A DNA stretch of 64,000 nt, taken from the NCBI GenBank assembly GCA_963674945.2, contig CAXXWQ010000004.1, positions 2,368,001 through 2,432,000 of the forward strand, read 5' to 3'. Positions 30,114 through 39,760 of this stretch are shown here, in pieces (the first letter of the stretch is position 1; each line of letters opens with the position of its first letter). The notes beneath the pieces were generated by a model. The model ran no database searches. It was not told where the DNA came from and saw nothing but the letters and a program-made list of their open reading frames with translations. This stretch comes from an uncultured Desulfosarcina sp. (GTDB lineage: Bacteria; Desulfobacterota; Desulfobacteria; Desulfobacterales; Desulfosarcinaceae). Made by a program: the position numbers and the translations under genes.

Positions 30114-32261
30114 TCATAAATATGCTGAATTCACCAGCTCATCGATTATTTTCAGCGGTCCATCAGGTCTACCCGCATTTCTTGCAAGACTTGCAAATTC
30201 ATGAATGCGCGATAATTCTGACCGAATAAGTGCGCGCGTATCAGAGTCCATTCCTTGATTTATATTCGGTGGTAATGCGATGAAATCATGTATGATGCTA
30301 TGATTCTTGTCGATTGCGCTACAAGTCCTGAGCAAACGCCCCCGGCGTTGAACCCATTGTCGTTCAACTGTCGTGCTCGCTAAGATGAATGCCTGACATA
30401 TCTGAGGTATATTTACACCTTCATCAAGAACCCTTTTTGCTGTCAAAATCTGTATTTCGCCATGCTGGAATGATTGAATGATTTGTTGTGTTTTTTGACG
30501 ATCCTTCGTCTCGTCTGCAGTCAATTGGTGAAAAAGCACACCCCTATCTTTTAGCAAACCATTTATATATTCTAATTGTTCTGGTCCCTTATCAGATCCA
30601 TAAATTAACGTGTACTTAACATTTTTCAGATTTAGTCCATCAAGCAATGATGCCAAAATATCAATTTTACTGTCAATTGTTTCAAGCAATTCCCGCCTAT
30701 CTCGAAAAAGCTTCGCAAGATAATCATCCGGTTTCCCGTCTTCCTGTCTCCACGCACTTTTTTTTATTTTTTCAGTAAGATCGTACCAATGGTCCATTTC
30801 CGTATTTGATAAATAACAGCGATGAAGATGGTAATCATACTCAACAAGACATTTCCCAATTGCTTCTTTTAAGGTGAATTGGTAGACGACTGGACCAAAA
30901 AAATCGAAGATGGCTTTTGTTCCTTCTTCATCATATTGTCTGACTGGTGTTGCAGATAATCCTAATCGAAATTCATAATAATCAGGTGTATTTTCGATAA
31001 AACCTTGCCTTCCAAGGTTATGAGCCTCATCAGCGATCAATAGGCGCGGGCAATCAAACAAAGAGATTGCATTAAAGAAATCTTCTGAACACAATGTGTT
31101 ATGCGTGACAACGATTGCTTCTACGTCAGAAATACCCGTTCTCAAACGCCTTTTTACCTGATTTATGGATTTCAAGCGTCCTGCAGAGTTAGCATCATCT
31201 GTCAGATTAGTGGTCTTCACATTGAATAGTTCTATTTCGCCAAACCATTGGTTGATAAGTGGAATGTATGGCGCTGCAACAACTATTAGAAGTGGCTTAT
31301 TTTCCTGGTAGGCCATATAGGCCGATATCATGGCTGTTATGGTCTTACCTGAACCAGTGGCCATCTCTAAAACACCGCGATAATCAGATGAACACCAAGC
31401 ATCAACAGCCTTTCCTTGATGTTCGAATGGACCGGACTGATAGTTTATCCAGCTTGGGATCTCAAATTTAAAATCAAACGAAAACTGTGGTTCTTTTTTC
31501 ATCCCATTATTTTTAATGGCTTTACTTGCCCGACTGAACAATGATTCATAATCGGATTCTGAAGGGGGATGTTCTGAGGGATATGAACATAGGATATTGT
31601 CTCTGACTGCGAGTGGGATTGGTATCACATAGCAATCGTCTTCATCTTCATCCCAAAGACGCTTGAATTTAAATTTTAATTTATCAATAATTTGTCCCTG
31701 TGTCGGATCGATCCAAGATTTAGATATGGTTATTTGCTCAAAATTATGTTTGATGCCTTTGAGGGTAATATTGCTTGAACCATGTGCGGCAATCACATCA
31801 ATACCATTTTCGAATATCCATACTTTTGGGTGAAACAAAGCTTGCTTCATTAACGCTATTTTTAGTTCAATGCGTCCAACGCGTATGAGATATGAGAGGC
31901 ATTTCAATGTATGTAGTTCTATCAGATCCTCAGTGATGATAAGCGGTTCTATAATCTTTTGAGCGATTTCTTCTGGAGAGCGAATACCATTTTCGATAGC
32001 TTCACGATCCTCTGGACGCAAAAAAGGGCTAATTATCAATCTGAAATTGAACCGCGAGTTATTAATAAAAGCTGCAAGACCTGGAGCTAACGTAGATAGC
32101 GCTTCACTGGAAAAAAATCCCATCATACAGTCAGCTTTTTCAGACATTCGAAACGTCGGTATAAGAACTTCTTCTGAGAACGGGTCAGTTGGCAAGAAAT
32201 ATATTGGCTGGATGCCTTTTAGTGAGTGAAAATCTGCGTCTTTGTCTTTGCCGGAAAGCAT
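30114..32261 (-). CDS. HKD(PLD)-nuclease / SF2 DEAH helicase fusion
   Basis: FHPKVWIFE…GSSN; MATGSGKT, IADEAHN, GLSATP, LDEGVNIP, QRRGRLLR. Confidence 0.9.
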   Translation of the reverse strand: MLSGKDKDADFHSLKGIQPIYFLPTDPFSEEVLIPTFRMSEKADCMMGFFSSEALSTLAPGLAAFINNSRFNFRLIISPFLRPEDREAIENGIRSPEEIAQKIIEPLIITEDLIELHTLKCLSYLIRVGRIELKIALMKQALFHPKVWIFENGIDVIAAHGSSNITLKGIKHNFEQITISKSWIDPTQGQIIDKLKFKFKRLWDEDEDDCYVIPIPLAVRDNILCSYPSEHPPSESDYESLFSRASKAIKNNGMKKEPQFSFDFKFEIPSWINYQSGPFEHQGKAVDAWCSSDYRGVLEMATGSGKTITAMISAYMAYQENKPLLIVVAAPYIPLINQWFGEIELFNVKTTNLTDDANSAGRLKSINQVKRRLRTGISDVEAIVVTHNTLCSEDFFNAISLFDCPRLLIADEAHNLGRQGFIENTPDYYEFRLGLSATPVRQYDEEGTKAIFDFFGPVVYQFTLKEAIGKCLVEYDYHLHRCYLSNTEMDHWYDLTEKIKKSAWRQEDGKPDDYLAKLFRDRRELLETIDSKIDILASLLDGLNLKNVKYTLIYGSDKGPEQLEYINGLLKDRGVLFHQLTADETKDRQKTQQIIQSFQHGEIQILTAKRVLDEGVNIPQICQAFILASTTVERQWVQRRGRLLRTCSAIDKNHSIIHDFIALPPNINQGMDSDTRALIRSELSRIHEFASLARNAGRPDGPLKIIDELVNSAYL

Positions 32262-32286
32262 AGCTTATCGTTTTTATAGCATATAA

Positions 32287-33084
32287 TTATAAATTGCAGA
32301 CAAAACAGAAACCTTCATTCTCCTCATCAAGCACTGAGTCAAAGATTTCAATAAGAGGACGATTGGGTTGATTTTTCTTTCTTAGTTTCATCATTCTTTT
32401 GTGGTCAGATATTATTTTATCCTTCCTATTTATGAGCTGTCGTAATGATTCTTCCTGATTCCAATAATATTTTCTGCCATCAGAATGTTCCTGCTCATAT
32501 TTGACGGCTTCTTCAAATAGATCCCGATGGGTCTCATATAATCTTACCCACTCGATTTTTCGCTGGAAAAAACAGAAAAAACACCCTGATCTCGAACGCC
32601 AGCTGTAATAATCGGGCATCCCAATTCCGCTCTCTTCGATTATTTTTAATATATCCTTTTTTACAAGACCATCTCTCATAAAAGGGAATATCGGCATTAT
32701 ATTGGGTTTAGTTGAGATATAACCTGCACGATTTTCATCTGCTCTGATAGCTATATAGCTGACCGCTTCATCATCACCAATAAATTTCTCTAAGGGTTCA
32801 ATCTTGAGCATTTTGGTGCACCATCGCGATTGATGATTTGGTAAAAAACCATCATAGATGTCTAGCCAATGATCAAATCCCCTCTTAGCTTCAAGCCTAA
32901 CTATCCTTTTTCCTAATAAAATCTCTAGTTTATCTATATATTCGTAGGTTTCTGGCAGTTCCTTGTGTGTGTCACAAAAAAAATATTCAATATTTGGGAT
33001 CTTCTCCTTAAGATATAACGCCAAGGCGGTACTATCTTTTCCGCCTGAAAGACCAAGAATGTGCCGCACTTTCTTATCAGACAA
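32287..33084 (-). CDS. PAPS-reductase-family protein (SspD/DndC-like)
   Basis: LSGGKDS PP-loop, RWCTKMLKI, RSGCFFCFFQ, C-terminal CFVC. Confidence 0.9.
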   Translation of the reverse strand: MSDKKVRHILGLSGGKDSTALALYLKEKIPNIEYFFCDTHKELPETYEYIDKLEILLGKRIVRLEAKRGFDHWLDIYDGFLPNHQSRWCTKMLKIEPLEKFIGDDEAVSYIAIRADENRAGYISTKPNIMPIFPFMRDGLVKKDILKIIEESGIGMPDYYSWRSRSGCFFCFFQRKIEWVRLYETHRDLFEEAVKYEQEHSDGRKYYWNQEESLRQLINRKDKIISDHKRMMKLRKKNQPNRPLIEIFDSVLDEENEGFCFVCNL

Positions 33085-36000
33085 TCTTTCTCTCCTTTTT
33101 CAGATCTTGCGTCTGCACGTTCTCACCACGTTTGTGAAATATTTTTTCAATCAATGCGGCTGTTACAGCTTGCTTTAAAGTTGTATCATCATCTAGATCA
33201 TAACTCTCGATAATCTTATCAGCAATCTGTTCGATATTTATCTGCTTGTCTCGGTCAATCCAAAGCATCTGGTGAATCTCCTTACCATCAGGATATGTAA
33301 TAGTTATTCTCCTTGCATCGATCCCTTCACTCGGAATTGCAATTTCCTTTTGTAATGCCTCAAGATTCGTAAATCTTCGTGCTATATCGCTCAACTTCGT
33401 TTCGAACACCACAACATCTTCATCTGTCCATGATTTCGGTGCCTTATTCATTATTATCAACAAGATTGATTCAAGCCAAGATCTATTGTCCAGTCCGTCA
33501 TTGGCTGCTGTAAGGATAAAACTTTTCATACGAGGTTCTATTACATGCGATGATAAATTCATCGCCCTGTACTTCAAATTATCCCGAAACTCTGCTGAAT
33601 CAATCCTAATAGCAAACGAATTTTTTATCAATTTCTCACAGTGCCCAAGCATATCATCATAAGCCGCTTGCAAAGAACTAAGGGATAAGGCCAGCTTTTT
33701 TCGGAATTTTTTTACAAGATTTTTATCCTGATCTTCATTGCTGCCGATGGGTGGAAGATCGCAAGCTCTTGGCAGCGCTGTAAACAGTAGTTCATCTGGT
33801 TCCTTGGCCTCAAGAAGAGCCTCCCTGACGGCCTTAGCATCTCTAGATATCCTGTTTTTCGTTGATATGGTGAACTTAGGCAGCCTTTTTGCAAATCCGA
33901 CAAGTGGTTTGACAATACTTAAAATCGTCTTGTTTCTGAGGGAGTTGTCTTCTTTTAATTTATCAGAAGATAGAATCTTACCAAGCTCTTGGAAAATTTC
34001 AGCTCTCAGACCTGATACTTCAAAATATTTTACTGAGAACCTAGTCGGCTTTTTTACGAGCAATTCAAGGTGCTCCACCCCAAGAACGGGTATGAATGTT
34101 CCATCAAGATAAACGCTAACATATTCATTGTGGTACATCAGAACTGAAAGGAGTATAACTGGAATGATTCCTTGCTTTGTTCCATATGGTGGTTTTTCAA
34201 GCATATTATATAGTTGGCTTATATTCTTTGGTTCCTTACTGGCTCCTTTACAAAAATTTTCAACAGCCATCCATATGTGATAGACCCCTTCATCATTTGC
34301 TGGTGGCTTTGAATATATCCAGTCATCTCCCGATGCTACATACAGTCCTGCCTGGATTAGAACAGATTCGAACATACTATATTCAGGTCCGTTCCCAATA
34401 ATACCAAGTCTTTGCTTTCCAGCATTTTCAAGCATCGCAGTCATGAGCTTGTTTCGTGCGGATGCACCTTGAGATGTAAGCTCTCTTCTATTTATCAGCT
34501 CATTCCATAGACACGGGCCTTTATCGTAAATTGAATCACAAATGTGTGACAGGTAGGCTTGGAAATCTGCCCAGTCGCTAAATTTAATCTTATCGCTAAT
34601 ATCATAGAAGTCCACATTCCCAAAAGCTATATCAAATGCCTTTGACAAAGCATCATTCAACAGTCTTTGTGCATAAATAATTCTATGTCCAACCTCCCTC
34701 CGCGCTACACCATCTGTCTGCAGCTGTGATGCATTTTTCAGAACATTATTTAATATCACGTATTCATTACAGGCTATCCGCAAAGTATTTAGCTCAGATG
34801 CGCAGATGATAATGACTGGTTTGCCACTAATCGTCTTACGAGGTATTGTATTAAGTTTTTTTAGATCTCGTTTATTTCCTACCCAATAGCATATTAGCCC
34901 GTCACTATCTGGATATTTACATTCCAGCGACTCAAAGCATTCTTTTCTATCGTAATATAGCCTCTCAAAATATCTTAAAGTCCCGGACTGATAGCTGTGT
35001 TTCTGAACGATAAGTGGCTTAATAGGAGCGTATTCATTGAGCAGATCAGCTAAAGATATATTGATGACCTCAGCTTGCTCTGAAAGTTCTCTTTCTATAT
35101 CAAAGTCCGAACCTTCCCATATTCGAAGTTCATCTATCCGTTTTCGCCATATGATAAATCCTTTATCCAACAGTTCTTGTATTATTTTATCCCAATGTTT
35201 GATTTCATCTTCGTTGCCCGGCTCATTGCACATTGCAAGTGCAATGGTTTTTCTTGAAGCTCTCAACGAACCCGTAGTTGATACGAGGTTAAGAAGCCCG
35301 ATCGTTTTTAAAACAAAAAGGACATCAGGATCGAGGCTGCTGGCATCAGACAGGCGCGATTGAATCTCTATCCACTTCTGAAAGTGTGGTCTCGATGAAA
35401 TCGACATTCCAGCTGATTCTACGAAATAATCATATACTTTGTGTAACTTGAATGTCGGAAGCTCATTATCTCTGTAGTTTGTTTGTTTTAGGAATATTGA
35501 AAAAGAATCAGGCTCACCGCTTGCAAGAAATGTAAAGAGGGTTCGATCATTCTGGGAGAATTTTGTGCAAAGTATCGGCAAAACTATGGCGGAAAGCGGA
35601 TGCAGAGGGAAAATAGACGCAACGTCGCTAAAGGAAAAATAATTAGAAATTTCTGTATCTGATAATGTTGACTGCCACTTCTTTGTCCATCTATTCACAG
35701 ACGAACTAAATGAGCTGTTATTGGATCCATCTATTGCCTCACCGATCAGCCGGACCATCTGATCTGCCGTTTCGATGAAAGGTATATCTTCAAACCTACC
35801 CTGAATTTTTGCCCATTCGTTCCTCTGAGCTGAAGCCACTCCATGGGCGTAATCGATGAATGCTTGGTGCAAAAGGCCGAAAACTGACACATTGTATCCG
35901 TCTCGGTTTGACGGCATTTCAGCAATCTGCTGAAGTAGGTAGAGATCATCCAATGATTGGTTTTGTGCAGAAAACTCCAGGTTCTTACCAAGTTCATCGA

Positions 36001-36586
36001 TAACAAGCAATATTCCTGCTTTTGATGATTGTGCTAATGACTGTATTACCTCCAACAAGTATTTGTTATCAATGAAATTCCCTTTCTGTGATTCCAAATA
36101 AAGATCATTCAAATCATCTATCGCATTAGGCCGTCGCCCCCTTGCATTCTGCCAATATAATTCGACGCCACGTCTAAGCGCTCTAACAACGGTCCTAATA
36201 ATTGGCTCTCTTTGAGCTGTTGCAATGGCCCTTATTAGGCCTGATTCTGGCAGCCTCTTTTTTATTTGCCGCTGCAAGGAATTTGATTTTTCAGACTGTT
36301 TAAGGATTTTTATTGCGCTTTGAAATATATCACTGTCCCGAGGTGAACAGAGTGCAGTTAGGAAGTTAGCGAATGCTGATTTCCCTGTTCCATATGAACC
36401 TGTAAGTGTCCAAGCTCGAACGGAATTGTCAAAGGTAAAAGATCTCAGGAACCTTTCAACGCTGTCAACAGCCCTTGATGTTGGAATATAACCAAGCAAG
36501 CTATCTGGAATTCCAAAATCTCGTTCAAGGTTGACTGATCTTAAATACCTCCTCTTTACGGTAACAAATTCCGACAGGACCGGCAT
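33077..36586 (-). CDS. Large P-loop ATPase (SspC/BrxC-like)
   Basis: RSVNLERD, Walker A GSYGTGKS, Walker B VIDELGK, EWAKIQGRF, PPYG. Confidence 0.8.
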   Translation of the reverse strand: MPVLSEFVTVKRRYLRSVNLERDFGIPDSLLGYIPTSRAVDSVERFLRSFTFDNSVRAWTLTGSYGTGKSAFANFLTALCSPRDSDIFQSAIKILKQSEKSNSLQRQIKKRLPESGLIRAIATAQREPIIRTVVRALRRGVELYWQNARGRRPNAIDDLNDLYLESQKGNFIDNKYLLEVIQSLAQSSKAGILLVIDELGKNLEFSAQNQSLDDLYLLQQIAEMPSNRDGYNVSVFGLLHQAFIDYAHGVASAQRNEWAKIQGRFEDIPFIETADQMVRLIGEAIDGSNNSSFSSSVNRWTKKWQSTLSDTEISNYFSFSDVASIFPLHPLSAIVLPILCTKFSQNDRTLFTFLASGEPDSFSIFLKQTNYRDNELPTFKLHKVYDYFVESAGMSISSRPHFQKWIEIQSRLSDASSLDPDVLFVLKTIGLLNLVSTTGSLRASRKTIALAMCNEPGNEDEIKHWDKIIQELLDKGFIIWRKRIDELRIWEGSDFDIERELSEQAEVINISLADLLNEYAPIKPLIVQKHSYQSGTLRYFERLYYDRKECFESLECKYPDSDGLICYWVGNKRDLKKLNTIPRKTISGKPVIIICASELNTLRIACNEYVILNNVLKNASQLQTDGVARREVGHRIIYAQRLLNDALSKAFDIAFGNVDFYDISDKIKFSDWADFQAYLSHICDSIYDKGPCLWNELINRRELTSQGASARNKLMTAMLENAGKQRLGIIGNGPEYSMFESVLIQAGLYVASGDDWIYSKPPANDEGVYHIWMAVENFCKGASKEPKNISQLYNMLEKPPYGTKQGIIPVILLSVLMYHNEYVSVYLDGTFIPVLGVEHLELLVKKPTRFSVKYFEVSGLRAEIFQELGKILSSDKLKEDNSLRNKTILSIVKPLVGFAKRLPKFTISTKNRISRDAKAVREALLEAKEPDELLFTALPRACDLPPIGSNEDQDKNLVKKFRKKLALSLSSLQAAYDDMLGHCEKLIKNSFAIRIDSAEFRDNLKYRAMNLSSHVIEPRMKSFILTAANDGLDNRSWLESILLIIMNKAPKSWTDEDVVVFETKLSDIARRFTNLEALQKEIAIPSEGIDARRITITYPDGKEIHQMLWIDRDKQINIEQIADKIIESYDLDDDTTLKQAVTAALIEKIFHKRGENVQTQDLKKERKIV

Positions 36587-36587
36587 A

Positions 36588-37511
36588 TCAATTCCTTTTC
36601 TTGTAATAACCGTTTAAAATTCTTTTTGATATTTTTAAGGGATTATTATCGTAAGCGAATTGGACCATCCCTGCAGTATCTGTCAGGTTAATGTCCTTTG
36701 CCTTCACAGAGATCGTTTCAATAGCACTACTTAGTGAGCTTTCAGTTAATTTGAAAACCTGACCGGGGCTTCCCGCATCATAAAGAAGTCTTGATATTGA
36801 AATCGTTCTCGCATCGTCCTTAAATGTTGATGAGAATTCAAGGCATGCTGAAACGATAATTTCGGGTGGTAAGGATGGCTTGTCACCGAAATTGAAAGTA
36901 AACTTTTTCGAGTCTGTATATGCATTGATGATTCCTAAGTCAGTGAACGGACAATCAAGTGATTCCTCTTTTAGGTTCTGACGCCCAGCTTTTTCAACAT
37001 ACATTCTAAGAAGGCAATTTACGTCCTTATTGAGAGATGAATCGAGGATTCTTTTGCTTGGGAATTTCCTGTCCCTGTATTCTTTTAACGAATAGAGTAG
37101 GTCATCTGCAGAAAAATCGATTTTATTCAGCTCATTGAATGTGAAAAACCAAGCTGGAGAATAGCATGGCATTTTGAACAGGTTCCAGTGAAGTAGCCAA
37201 AGTGATGACGGATTCTCAAGAAATGGGTCCCAACCATTTTCACCGAGCAGGTTTTCAGCAAATTCGGTTGGTTTGTGTATAAACTTTCCGTTGACCTTGG
37301 ACTCATGGACTACCTTAAATGTAATGCACCAGTATTTAATGGCTTTGACCATATTTTTACCGACACCTAATGTGGTGGGCGCAGACTCTTTGGAAAATAT
37401 GGAATTATCATCACTCGCCTTATCAAAGCCTTTTTTCAGCCATCCGAATCTTGGATGAAAGGTCTCGTGGCGCGCAAAAATGGGGTGAAAGGTCGTATCC
37501 TGTCCCATCAT
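36588..37511 (-). CDS. DUF4007 family protein (SspB-like)
   Basis: FARHETFHPRFGWLKK, LGVGKNMVKAIKYW, DPFLE…WLLHW, CPFTDLG. Confidence 0.88.
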   Translation of the reverse strand: MMGQDTTFHPIFARHETFHPRFGWLKKGFDKASDDNSIFSKESAPTTLGVGKNMVKAIKYWCITFKVVHESKVNGKFIHKPTEFAENLLGENGWDPFLENPSSLWLLHWNLFKMPCYSPAWFFTFNELNKIDFSADDLLYSLKEYRDRKFPSKRILDSSLNKDVNCLLRMYVEKAGRQNLKEESLDCPFTDLGIINAYTDSKKFTFNFGDKPSLPPEIIVSACLEFSSTFKDDARTISISRLLYDAGSPGQVFKLTESSLSSAIETISVKAKDINLTDTAGMVQFAYDNNPLKISKRILNGYYKKRN

Positions 37512-37583
37512 TCCTTCCTCGCCTCATTGGCTAATATGAAATTTTCTTTTGAACAAATCTATAGCAGATTTTAACAATAAAAA

Positions 37584-37692
37584 CCACATCATATTGTGCA
37601 TACTGCGATTGCCTTCAACATATGTTGTGGTCAAAATATTCCACCGAAATATTAGTACTTTAATGGACTTTTTGACAAATCATATATTGTGG
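37584..37692. promoter_or_regulatory. Three NrdR-box-like 16-mers in 31-bp register
   Basis: CCACATCATATTGTGC (37584), TCAACATATGTTGTGG (37615), AAATCATATATTGTGG (37677); upstream of the DUF4007 operon. Confidence 0.45.
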
Positions 37693-37754
37693 GTTTGTCA
37701 GATCCGGTCACAATTCCCTGAAAATTTATGATCTTTTAAATTTTTTATGCTTTG

Positions 37755-38558
37755 TCACAGCCAATCGTCCAATGTGTACGACTTTGGCCTATATGCAATC
37801 AGCCGCACCGGATTTGTTACATTTTCTCGCCATTTTTCAATAATTTTGATTGCTTGTCTGTAATCTAAGACGGTGTTCCAGTCGATGATCCCCTCACCAG
37901 GTGCGATTAGCCACGGCATGTATATGTAGCCGTTGACTGTGCACATCTTGACCATGTTGAGGTTGATATCCTGGGCGAATAGTCTCAGGCTGAAATTGGA
38001 TGCGGCCAGGAGCATCGATCCGGTGCCGGCGCATTGGTCGGCTACGGTCTTGGTCTTGTCAGCGGTTGTCATCTGTATTTGGGCCATCATAGTGCAGACG
38101 TTCATCGGTGTCGGAAAATATCCGTTGCTTGACATCCTCGCGAGTTCGCATGATCCCCAAGCCATATAGTCTGCCGGTGCCTGTATCATCAGCCCAAGGT
38201 TAAACGTCGTGTAGAGCCGCCAGCTTGTGTCTTCGTTTATCCGTGGCGGGAACTCACCCACCAGGTCAGATCCAAATCCCCACAGAAGCCAGTCAACAAA
38301 CGCGCACCATGCGTCATGTGCGCTGTATCCGCTTGATTGGATTGTCTTGATGCAGTCGCTTAGGTTTTTTGTGGCGGTGTTTCTGGGGCGCGATTCAAAC
38401 TCAATCTGCGGGATTGGTTCGTTGAGCGGCTTTCTGGCATCGAGTGTCCGCAGCCAATAGTCCCACCTTTTCGAAAACATGTCATCCAGTGCAATCAGAT
38501 ATGGTCTGAGCCACCCTTTTGGCAGCGGGTGTGTGAATCTACTTTTTGATTTTTCCAT
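37755..38558 (-). CDS. N6-DNA-methyltransferase-like protein lacking an NPPY/DPPY motif
   Basis: GYFPTPMNV (motif X), VADQCAGTGSML (motif I), AQDIN; ends ~65 aa later with no motif IV. Confidence 0.7.
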   Translation of the reverse strand: MEKSKSRFTHPLPKGWLRPYLIALDDMFSKRWDYWLRTLDARKPLNEPIPQIEFESRPRNTATKNLSDCIKTIQSSGYSAHDAWCAFVDWLLWGFGSDLVGEFPPRINEDTSWRLYTTFNLGLMIQAPADYMAWGSCELARMSSNGYFPTPMNVCTMMAQIQMTTADKTKTVADQCAGTGSMLLAASNFSLRLFAQDINLNMVKMCTVNGYIYMPWLIAPGEGIIDWNTVLDYRQAIKIIEKWRENVTNPVRLIAYRPKSYTLDDWL

Positions 38559-38559
38559 T

Positions 38560-38591
38560 GAACATCACCTTCGCTAGATCAGGTGATGTTC
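38560..38591. promoter_or_regulatory. Perfect 11-bp inverted repeat covering the RBS of the MTase-like gene
   Basis: GAACATCACCT-N10-AGGTGATGTTC, ending 1 nt before the ATG at 38558. Confidence 0.6.
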
Positions 38592-38702
38592 GAGTCGATA
38601 GTGCTATCATAACTAGCTGAAAATGTGAAAATATCTAGCTTCCTTCTTCAGAAATCATCATATATATTTGGGTTTAAACCAATCAAAAAAAGGAGGGGCC
38701 AG

Positions 38703-39059
38703 ATGACACAGCGCATTCAGTACAATAGTCAGATCGAATATTCCAGAATTCTTGATGGAAACCACGCCAGGAAAAGACGCCTTTCACAAACTGAGTGCGA
38801 GCGTATCCTGATAGATGCCGGTGCCTCATACGAACAGGCAAAAAACGGTGCGTATGTATACATCCATCATGGTGATAACCTTAGGGCCAAATTTAGGGCT
38901 ACTCAGAGCGGGTATAATGAGGTTCTGGACGAGTTCGATGCAAAAAACAAAAGGCCAGCCGATTGTATCAGGTTTTTGGAGAAAATTGGATGCAGCTACG
39001 GTCAGGCAAAAAGTGCTGTATACAAATATAGGCTGGAAAGAGGGCTTGTTAAAAGATAA
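38703..39059 (+). CDS. Small basic protein with an internal duplication
   Basis: RBS AGGAGG; repeats C.R.L…GASYEQAKNGAY and C.R.L…GCSYGQAKSAVY. Confidence 0.65.
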   Translation: MTQRIQYNSQIEYSRILDGNHARKRRLSQTECERILIDAGASYEQAKNGAYVYIHHGDNLRAKFRATQSGYNEVLDEFDAKNKRPADCIRFLEKIGCSYGQAKSAVYKYRLERGLVKR

Positions 39060-39293
39060 CCTATTGACAAGTTTAGTAATACTTGCAAAAATTAAACTTT
39101 CCATCTCACAAACCTGATTTATGACAATTGGGCTACCAATTACAAAGTTGGTGATGAGGTCCGTAAAGTGCCTGGCTTTACGCGAAATGAACGCATCAAT
39201 GTATCTGAAAACCTGCACGTGATCATCAGGTTATCGCTCGAAGCCGGTTAGGATAAATCGGTGTCAGAATAAAATAATCACTTGAGGTTTAAA

Positions 39294-39581
39294 ATGGTCG
39301 AAAAACATCAAGGTGCTGTTGATCTGAAAAATAATTTCAATTCGGCGCATGAATGGCTTCGAACCAATGGAGAGGTTGATCTGAAGACATCCCATGATAC
39401 GCCTTTTTCAGCTAAAGCCGATACCACAAATAGCGGCGACCACTCAGGGGAACCGGTAATCAGGTTTTTTCAACGTGGTAAGGAATTCGGTCGATCATAT
39501 CAATGTTGTTGGGGGCATTACTACAACTGCAACCGTACACGCATTGGAATGTACTGTGAGGCTTTGGATCGCGTAATATAG
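39294..39581 (+). CDS. Small hypothetical protein
   Basis: RBS GAGG; Cys-containing C-terminus (CCWGHYYNC…YC). Confidence 0.55.
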   Translation: MVEKHQGAVDLKNNFNSAHEWLRTNGEVDLKTSHDTPFSAKADTTNSGDHSGEPVIRFFQRGKEFGRSYQCCWGHYYNCNRTRIGMYCEALDRVI

Positions 39582-39760
39582 TCATTGCCCTCATTGTATT
39601 CATAAAGAGTTGATAAATGGAATTCAAACCAGTCACTTGTAAAAAACGTCTAAGCTGAGACCAAGACTATGATTGATTGTCTTAAAATCTTCTGGGCTAA
39701 AAATACCAGAGGTGAGGCGATTTTCCATCAATAATTTAGGTTTATCGCGAGGAGTCTAAA

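Noticed and set aside
32287..37511. BREX type 4, or canonical sspBCDE / dndABCDE
   Set aside because: No PglZ or BrxL, no cysteine desulfurase, and no DndB or canonical SspE in the expected order, so gene symbols were withheld.
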